Shown here in pieces: positions 25,399 to 32,000 of a stretch of 32,000 nucleotides of DNA. The notes beneath the pieces were generated by a model that did no database searches, was not told the DNA's origin, and was given only the letters and a program-made list of their open reading frames with translations. Position 1 is the stretch's first letter. Each line of letters opens with the position of its first letter. The position numbers were made by a program, and so were the translations under genes. Source of the stretch: Phycisphaera mikurensis NBRC 102666. Lineage in GTDB: Bacteria > Planctomycetota > Phycisphaerae > Phycisphaerales > Phycisphaeraceae. The stretch lies in contig NC_017080.1 in the NCBI RefSeq assembly GCF_000284115.1, forward strand, positions 3,120,001 to 3,152,000, written 5' to 3'.

Positions 25399-26049
25399 AT
25401 GAGCAGCACCACGCACAAGGAAACCGATCCGCCCGCGGGCGGACCCGACGAGAAGCCCACGGGCAGCCGAAAATCCCCCATCGAGCCCCGCGGCAAGCAG
25501 CAGGTCAAGCCGGGCGGCGACGCCGAAGCCGGCCGCGTCGTCCTGACCGAGGCCGACCGCCGGCGTCAGAGCGGCGCCGGGGCCGGCGCCGCCACCGGCG
25601 TGCCGCACGACGAGGACGAGCACCTCCTGGTCGACGATCCGGCCGACGACTCGGTCGACTTCCTCCACGTCCTGGGCAGCGACGACGCGAAGAAGGCGCT
25701 CCAGACGGCCGGCGTCGCGCTCGCCGCGGTCGCGACCCTCGCCGGACTGGCCGCGCTCGTCGTTGCCGCCGTCCGCGACGCGAACGATCGAGACGACCGG
25801 GACGGCCGCGCCGGCGGCGGTCGCCGCGCCGGGTTGCTCGCCGCCGGCCGCGCGGCCCGCACGCGTTTCGGGCAGACCGACCTGAACCGGGCGTCCCTGA
25901 CCGAGCTGCAGCGGGTTCCCGGCATCGGCCACCGCTCCGCCGTCCTCATCGTGCGGCACCGGCCGTACGACAGCGTCGCCGAAGTCCGCGAGATCACCGG
26001 CATCCGCGCCAGCGCCTACCGCGAGCTGCGCCCGCACGTCAAGGTCTGA
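25399..26049 (+). CDS. ComEA-like helix-hairpin-helix DNA-binding protein with TM anchor
   Basis: The C-terminus is DLNRASLTELQRVPGIGHRSAVLIVRHRPYDSVAEVREITGIRASAYRELRPHV (ComEA-type HhH). The central hydrophobic helix is GVALAAVATLAGLAALVVAAV, and the N-terminal region is charged and disordered. Confidence 0.75.
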   Translation: MSSTTHKETDPPAGGPDEKPTGSRKSPIEPRGKQQVKPGGDAEAGRVVLTEADRRRQSGAGAGAATGVPHDEDEHLLVDDPADDSVDFLHVLGSDDAKKALQTAGVALAAVATLAGLAALVVAAVRDANDRDDRDGRAGGGRRAGLLAAGRAARTRFGQTDLNRASLTELQRVPGIGHRSAVLIVRHRPYDSVAEVREITGIRASAYRELRPHVKV

Positions 26050-26428
26050 CACCAGAGCACGCGAGCGCTTGGTGTCACCCGCTTCGGGTGGTGCGTGTTC
26101 CAGTCCCGGTCTCAGCACCGAAAGGTGGTGGCACCGCGGGAGGGCGGCTCGTCCGAGGGGGCCCGGGGCACCGCGCCGCCCGGGGTCGGGCCGGGGAGAC
26201 CCCGCCGGGGAGGCGGCACCGGCCCGGCGCGCCGGCGTCCTTCCCGCTATCCTGTCCGCGCCGACGCCGCCGGAGTCTTCCGGGTCCTGACCGACCCGGG
26301 GCCTCCAGCGGGCGGCGGGCCCCCGGCGGCCCGCCGCCCAAGCGGCCCGGCGGCCGGCCTCTCCCGCCCAACGGCGGGACGCGGCCACACGCGGACGACA
26401 CCGTCGCCCGCGCCGCGTTCCCTCCCGA

Positions 26429-26499
26429 AGGCCCATGGTGTAATGGCAGCACAGCTGTTTTTGGTGCAGCTCGTCGGGGTTCGAATCCCTGTGGGCCTA
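26429..26499 (+). tRNA. tRNA-Gln (anticodon TTG)
   Basis: Manual cloverleaf: acceptor AGGCCCA/TGGGCCT, D arm GTGT-AATGGCA-GCAC, anticodon stem GCTGT/GCAGC with loop TT-TTG-GT, 4-nt variable region, T arm CGGGG-TTCGAAT-CCCTG, discriminator A. CCA is not encoded. Confidence 0.88.
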
Positions 26500-26735
26500 A
26501 AAGAACTTTGCTCCGTGGGCTTCGCCCGCTGTGCAAGGTTGCGCCCCGAGCGGGGCACGTCTCCGCCGGGGGCGACCCGCGGCTCCGCTTGGGAGCGGTC
26601 GGCTCCGTCGCGGCCGATCCGCGAACAGCGGCGGGGTGGCGTCACCGCGGACCGCGGGCGTTCCGCACGCCGCGGGCGAGCGGTCCGCGGGTCGGGTTGG
26701 AGATCCTGCCCGCCGCGGCTGCGGAGCGTGTCCTC

Positions 26736-27545
26736 ATGACAGCCTCTCCACTCTCGGCCATCGTGCTCGCGGCGGGCAAGGGTTCGCGCATGGGCAGCGA
26801 CCTGCCCAAGGTGCTCCACGAGGTGGGCGGCCGGGCCATGATCCACCACGTGCTCGACGCGGGCCGCGCGGCGGGGGTGGGCCGCTTCGTCGTCGTGGTC
26901 GGGCACGAGGCGCAGCGGGTGCGAGCGGAGCTGTCGGGCGCATCCGACGTCGACTTCGCAGAGCAGGCCGAGCAGCTGGGCACCGGCCACGCCGCGGCCG
27001 TGGCGGAACCCTTCTTCGCCGGCGCGGCATCGGGCCCGGACGTCCTCGTGCTGTGCGGCGACATGCCGTTGACGCGGCCGGAGACGCTGCGGAAGATCCT
27101 CGCGGCCCACCGCGAGGAGGGCGCGGCGGCGACGCTGGGCACGGCGGTCCTCGACGACCCCGACGGCTACGGCCGGGTGGTCCGCGACGCGGACGGCCGC
27201 TTCGATCGCATCGTCGAGCAGAAGGACGCCGACGCGGCGACGCTGGCGATCCGCGAGGTGAACCCGAGCCTCTACGCCTTCCGCGCCGGGGACCTGTTCG
27301 GCGAGCTCTCGAAGCTCTCCAGCGACAACGCCCAGGGCGAGTACTACCTCACCGACGTGCCCGGGCAGCTCAAGGCCCGCGGCGGGTCGGTCGCGCTCGT
27401 GCCCGCTCTCGCCGCCGACGAGGTCATCGGGATCAACACGAAGGCGCACCTCGCCGAGGTGGACCGGATCTTCCGCCGCCGATCCGCTGGCGGACGTGAC
27501 GTTCCCGACGCCTCCTCCACCCCCGCCCCGGGAGCCGACGAGTGA
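26736..27545 (+). CDS. glmU: GlmU-like sugar-1-phosphate nucleotidyltransferase (N-terminal uridyltransferase domain only)
   Basis: ATG at 26736 gives MTASPLSAIVLAAGKGSRMGSDLPKVLHEVGGRAMIHHV (LAAGxGxRM). Further motifs are EQLGTGHA, LVLCGDMPL, GYGRVV and NPSLYAF. It is only 269 aa and no left-handed beta-helix hexapeptide region follows. The stop overlaps the prs GTG. Confidence 0.78.
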   Translation: MTASPLSAIVLAAGKGSRMGSDLPKVLHEVGGRAMIHHVLDAGRAAGVGRFVVVVGHEAQRVRAELSGASDVDFAEQAEQLGTGHAAAVAEPFFAGAASGPDVLVLCGDMPLTRPETLRKILAAHREEGAAATLGTAVLDDPDGYGRVVRDADGRFDRIVEQKDADAATLAIREVNPSLYAFRAGDLFGELSKLSSDNAQGEYYLTDVPGQLKARGGSVALVPALAADEVIGINTKAHLAEVDRIFRRRSAGGRDVPDASSTPAPGADE

Positions 27546-28555
27546 GCCGAAGCAAGCAACGCGAGAACGCCCAGATGCCGCCCGCCGACGCCGACCGCCT
27601 GAAGGTGTTCTGCGGCCGCGCCAGCAAGCCGATGGGCGAGGCGATCTGCCGGCACCTCGGGGTTCCGGTGGGCCAGGCGGCCACCGAGCTGTTCCCCGAC
27701 GGCGAGCTGTTCGTCAAGATCGACGAGGACGTCCGCGGGCGCGACTGCTTCGTCGTGCAGAGCACCTACCACCCGGTCAACGCCCACCTGATGGAGCTGT
27801 TGATTTACATCGATTGCCTCCGCCGCGCCAGCGCCGGGCAGATCACCGCGGTCGTCCCCTACTACGGCTACGCCCGGCAGGACCGCAAGGACGAGGGCCG
27901 CGTGCCGATCACCGCGAAGCTCGTCGCGAACCTGATCACCGCCGCCGGCGCCGATCGCGTGGTGGCCCTGGACCTGCACACCGCGCAGATCCAGGGCTTC
28001 TTCGACCTGCCGGTGGACCACCTCTCCAGCAGCCCGGTGATCCTCGGGGCTCTCGACCCCGTCGCCGCCGAGGGCAACCTCGTCGTCGTCTCCCCGGACG
28101 TCGGCAACGTGAAGGTCGCCAGCAAGTACGCCGAGCAGCTCGGGGCCGAGCTGGCGATCATCGACAAGACCCGCAAGAGCGGCGACACCGTCGAGATGGG
28201 CAGCATCATCGGCGACGTCGCCGGCAAGGTCGTGCTCATGGTCGACGACATGATCTCCACCGCCGGCACGATCTGCCAGGCCGCCGAGCTGGTGATGAAG
28301 CACGGCGCGAAGGACGTCATCGCCGCCGCGACCCACGGCGTGTTCGTCGGCCTCGCCATCGAGCGGATCCGCGACAGCCCCATCAGCCGCGTGCTCGTCA
28401 CCGACTCCATCCCCTGCGCCGGCCGCTGCGAGCCAATCGCCGACAAACTCGAGGAGCTCTCCGTCGCCCCCCTGCTCGGCGAGACCATCGGCCGCATCCA
28501 CCAGAACCGCTCGGTCAGCTCGCTGTTCGCCCGGGACACGGGGCCGAAGAGGTGA
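27542..28555 (+). CDS. prs: Ribose-phosphate pyrophosphokinase (PRPP synthetase)
   Basis: Diagnostic motifs are YYGYARQDRK, DLHTAQIQGFFDLPVDHL and the PRPP loop VLMVDDMISTAGTI. The GTG at 27542 overlaps the glmU stop. An alternative in-frame ATG is at 27575. Confidence 0.93.
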   Translation: MSRSKQRENAQMPPADADRLKVFCGRASKPMGEAICRHLGVPVGQAATELFPDGELFVKIDEDVRGRDCFVVQSTYHPVNAHLMELLIYIDCLRRASAGQITAVVPYYGYARQDRKDEGRVPITAKLVANLITAAGADRVVALDLHTAQIQGFFDLPVDHLSSSPVILGALDPVAAEGNLVVVSPDVGNVKVASKYAEQLGAELAIIDKTRKSGDTVEMGSIIGDVAGKVVLMVDDMISTAGTICQAAELVMKHGAKDVIAAATHGVFVGLAIERIRDSPISRVLVTDSIPCAGRCEPIADKLEELSVAPLLGETIGRIHQNRSVSSLFARDTGPKR

Positions 28556-28564
28556 CCAGCATGG

Positions 28565-28722
28565 CAGCGGCTGTGCCGCTCCTGGCTGCGCCAGGCAAGC
28601 GCAGAAGAGCGAAAGCGAAGAAGTGAGGAAGTCGGCACCGAGCAAGAGCGGCTCTGCCGCCGCCGCAGGCGGCTCTTGCTGACTCTCTCTCTTCTCCGCT
28701 TCTTCTCTTCTTCGCTTGCTCC
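28565..28722. repeat. Composite octamer-repeat element, copy C (prs-rplY spacer)
   Basis: The conserved left end is CAGCGGCTgtGCCGCTcctGGCTGCGCCAGGCAAGCG (28565-28601). The purine arm is CAGAAGAGCGAAAGCGAAGAAGTGAGGAAGTC. The central hairpin is AGCAAGAGC (28641-28649)/GCTCTTGCT (28672-28680). The pyrimidine arm CTCTCTCTCTTCTCCGCTTCTTCTCTTCTTCGCTTGCTCC ends at 28722. Confidence 0.9.
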
Positions 28723-28778
28723 CTGATCCAACCCACCACGACCAAACGAACCGAACCCTCCCGATCCCCAAGACCGCT

Positions 28779-29429
28779 ATGTCCACCGACACCCCCACCC
28801 TCTCCACCGAAACCCGCACCAAGCTGGGCACGCGCTACAACCGCCGCCTCCGCAGCGCCGGCCGCTTGCCGGCCGTCGTCTACGGGCACGGCCACGACCC
28901 GATGCACGTCAGCGTGGACACGCGCGCGTTCCACGCGATCCTCGATCACCACTCCCACCTCGTGGAGGTGAACGTGGACGGCAAGCCCCAGCCGTGCCTG
29001 ATCAAGGACGTTCAGTACGACCACCTCGATCGCGACCCCGTCCACGCCGACTTCGCCATCGTGAACCTCGACGAGGAGATCGAGATCGAGCTGGAGATCG
29101 TCCTCAAGGGCGAGCCGGCCGGCCTCTCCGAAGACGGCGCCGCCCTCTCGCAGCCGATGAACACGATCGTCGTGAAGACCAAGGCCAACAACATCCCCGA
29201 GAGCATCACCCAAGACGTCTCGGCGATGAACGTCGGCGATCAGGTCCACGTCGGCGAGCTGACCTTCCCGGACGGTGTGAGCACCGACGTGGAGGACGAC
29301 CTGCTCGTCTGCCAGGTCGTCATCCGCCAGGAGCAGCCCGACCCCGAGCCGGTCGACGAGCTGGAAGAGCCCGGCGTGATCGGCGAGGGCGAGGAGCCCG
29401 GGCCGGAGGAAGCCGGCAGCAGCGACTGA
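28779..29429 (+). CDS. rplY: 50S ribosomal protein L25 / general stress protein Ctc (long form)
   Basis: ATG at 28779 gives MSTDTPTLSTETRTKLGTRYNRRLRSAGRLPAVVYGHG. The L25 N-domain is followed by the Ctc C-domain (IEIELEIVLKGEPAG...VHVGELTFPDGV) and an acidic tail. 216 aa. Confidence 0.9.
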   Translation: MSTDTPTLSTETRTKLGTRYNRRLRSAGRLPAVVYGHGHDPMHVSVDTRAFHAILDHHSHLVEVNVDGKPQPCLIKDVQYDHLDRDPVHADFAIVNLDEEIEIELEIVLKGEPAGLSEDGAALSQPMNTIVVKTKANNIPESITQDVSAMNVGDQVHVGELTFPDGVSTDVEDDLLVCQVVIRQEQPDPEPVDELEEPGVIGEGEEPGPEEAGSSD

Positions 29430-29436
29430 GGGTGAA

Positions 29437-29636
29437 CAGCGGCTTCGCCGCTTATGGCTGCGCCAGGCAAGCGGGGAAGCGAGCAAGCGGGGAAGCGGAG
29501 AAGTTAGGAAGCGAAGAAGTCAGAAACGGACAAGAGCGGCCCTGGTCCGACTCTCACTTTCCCGCTTCTCCACTTCTTCGCTTCCCCGCTTCTTCGCTTC
29601 CCCGCTTCTTCGCTTCCCCGCTTCTTCGCTTGCTTC
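29437..29636. repeat. Composite octamer-repeat element, copy D (rplY-pth spacer)
   Basis: The left end CAGCGGCTtcGCCGCTtatGGCTGCGCCAGGCAAGCG (29437-29473) is 33/37 identical to copy C. Six purine octamers follow (GGGGAAGC GAGCAAGC GGGGAAGC GGAGAAGT TAGGAAGC GAAGAAGT, 29473-29520). After a spacer come about 10 pyrimidine octamers at 29555-29634 (GCTTCTCC, ACTTCTTC, alternating GCTTCCCC/GCTTCTTC), ending in CGCTTGCTTC. Confidence 0.9.
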
Positions 29637-29693
29637 AAGACCCCAAGCCACCCGCGTCTTGCGGCGTCATCCACCCCGCCACCACCGCTCCCC

Positions 29694-30269
29694 ATGAAGC
29701 TGATCATCGGCCTCGGCAACCCCGGCCGCGAGTACGCGGACACCCGGCACAACGCGGGTTTCATGGTGCTCGAACGGTTCGCCACGCGCCACGGGCTCGC
29801 CGGCCCGCGGCAGCGGTTTCACGCCGGCACGATCGACGGGAGCGTGACCGTCGGGGGTGCTCCGCACAAGCTGCTGCTCGTGCAGCCGCTCACGTACATG
29901 AACCGCTCGGGCCAGAGCGTCCGGGAGGCGGTGGACTTCTACAAGGTCGCGGTCAAAGACGTGCTGATCGTCGTCGACGACATCGCCTTCGGCTGCGGCG
30001 ACCTGCGCTTGAAGGCCATGGGCTCCGCCGGCGGCCACAACGGGCTCAAAGACGTCGAGCGGGTGCTGGGCACGCGGGCGTACGCGAGGCTGAGGATCGG
30101 CATCGATGCCCCGGGCCGCATCCCGCAGGTCGACTACGTCCTCGGCAGGTTCACCGCCGATCAGCGGGAGCGGCTGGATCCGGCGCTCGACGAGGCTTGC
30201 CAGGCCGTGGAGGCTTGGCTGACTCTCGGGATCGAGAAAGCGATGAACAAGGTGAACGACCGCTCGTGA
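29694..30269 (+). CDS. pth: Peptidyl-tRNA hydrolase
   Basis: The product begins MKLIIGLGNPGREYADTRHNAGFMVLERFA and later has GGHNGLKDV. It is 191 aa with the canonical Pth signature. Confidence 0.95.
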   Translation: MKLIIGLGNPGREYADTRHNAGFMVLERFATRHGLAGPRQRFHAGTIDGSVTVGGAPHKLLLVQPLTYMNRSGQSVREAVDFYKVAVKDVLIVVDDIAFGCGDLRLKAMGSAGGHNGLKDVERVLGTRAYARLRIGIDAPGRIPQVDYVLGRFTADQRERLDPALDEACQAVEAWLTLGIEKAMNKVNDRS

Positions 30270-30281
30270 GCCGGGTGGGCT

Positions 30282-30682
30282 GCGTGGCGTCGCCACGCAG
30301 TGACCGCGGCCAGACTGGCATCGAGAGCTGAGCGGCGACGCCGCTCTGTCTGCTTGTGCGCGAAGGAGCTGCATCGCGGCTCGGACAGCGTGGCGTCGCC
30401 ACGCAGCGACCGCGGCCAGGCTGGCTGCGAGAGCTGAGCGGCGACGCCGCTCTGTCTGCTTGTGCGCGAAGGAGCTGCATCGCGACTCGGACAGCGTGGC
30501 GTCGCCACGCAGCTAGCGCGGCCAACATGGCTTCGAGAGCTGAGCGGCGACGCCGCTCTGTCTGCCTTGTGCGCGAAGAAGCTGCATCGCGGCTCGGACA
30601 GCGTGGCGTCGCCACGCAGCTAGCGCGGCCAGGCTGGCGGAGAGAGCTGAGCGGCGACGCCGCTCTGTCTGCTTGTGCGCGA
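30282..30682. repeat. Tandem array of about 106-nt units (106, 106, 107 nt + about 82-nt partial), each carrying two perfect 17-nt palindromes
   Basis: Unit starts are at 30282, 30388, 30494 and 30601. Each unit contains GCGTGGCG-T-CGCCACGC and GAGCGGCG-A-CGCCGCTC (30282-30298 and 30330-30346 in the first unit). The array fills the spacer between the pth stop (30269) and the pckA stop (30693). Confidence 0.93.
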
Positions 30683-30692
30683 CGGGGCTGGG

Positions 30693-32000
<1,308 letters not shown>

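Noticed and set aside
26100-26428. An extremely GC-rich non-coding stretch of about 330 nt upstream of tRNA-Gln as a possible structured RNA (for example RNase P).
   Set aside because: No conserved RNase P (GAGGAAAGTCC-type), tmRNA or 6S signatures are seen. Without covariance searches I cannot support any RNA call. It may simply be a tRNA promoter or leader region.
26088-26735. The 485-aa ORF extending the glmU-like gene upstream, and the 153-aa minus-strand ORF at 26075-26536.
   Set aside because: Both run straight through tRNA-Gln (26429-26499) and are Arg/Pro/Gly-rich. The nucleotidyltransferase homology begins at the ATG at 26736.
30282-30682. The 106-nt periodic array as a CRISPR array.
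   Set aside because: The period is far longer than repeat+spacer units. The whole unit is conserved, and the most variable about 20 nt are still homologous between units, so there are no unique spacers. No cas genes or leader are nearby.

Overview
This is a very GC-rich bacterial chromosomal window. The PEP-CTERM protein, weak Shine-Dalgarno usage and six 4-nt start/stop overlaps suggest a Planctomycetota/Phycisphaerae-like genome, but that is inference only. The content is almost all core housekeeping genes:
- Left part: a Kelch-repeat protein (5' partial), a small Cys-containing ORF, a YhcH/DUF386 protein, tRNA-Arg(ACG), larE-like PP-loop enzyme, mcsA-mcsB (protein arginine kinase pair), recR, a sulfotransferase and a PEP-CTERM surface protein.
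- Middle: a co-directional LysR-gltB-gltD glutamate synthase block, then dacB (PBP4), a DoxX-like membrane protein and a YjfB-like small protein with overlapping stops/starts.
- Right part: a Zn-ribbon SAM methyltransferase divergent from a Trm112-like protein plus a sodium:solute symporter, a secreted protein translationally coupled to a membrane Ser/Thr kinase, a ComEA-like HhH protein, tRNA-Gln(UUG), the conserved glmU(N-terminal domain only)-prs-rplY/ctc-pth cluster, and pckA (partial at the right edge).

I see no CRISPR array, transposase, integrase, toxin-antitoxin pair or recognisable defence island, and no convincing novel multi-gene protein system.

The unusual signal is non-coding:
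- Four intergenic spacers carry the same composite element. It has a short purine-rich octamer arm, a hairpin-containing spacer, and a long tandem array of the complementary pyrimidine octamer (GCTTCTTC-like, 5-22 units). All four copies lie in the same orientation on the + strand.
- One copy is flanked by a G9-TT-G10 tract directly upstream of gltD.
- A separate tandem array of about 106-nt units (about 3.8 copies), each with two perfect 17-nt palindromes, fills the pth/pckA convergent spacer.

Many long ORFs in the supplied track are high-GC antisense or off-frame artefacts and were rejected.
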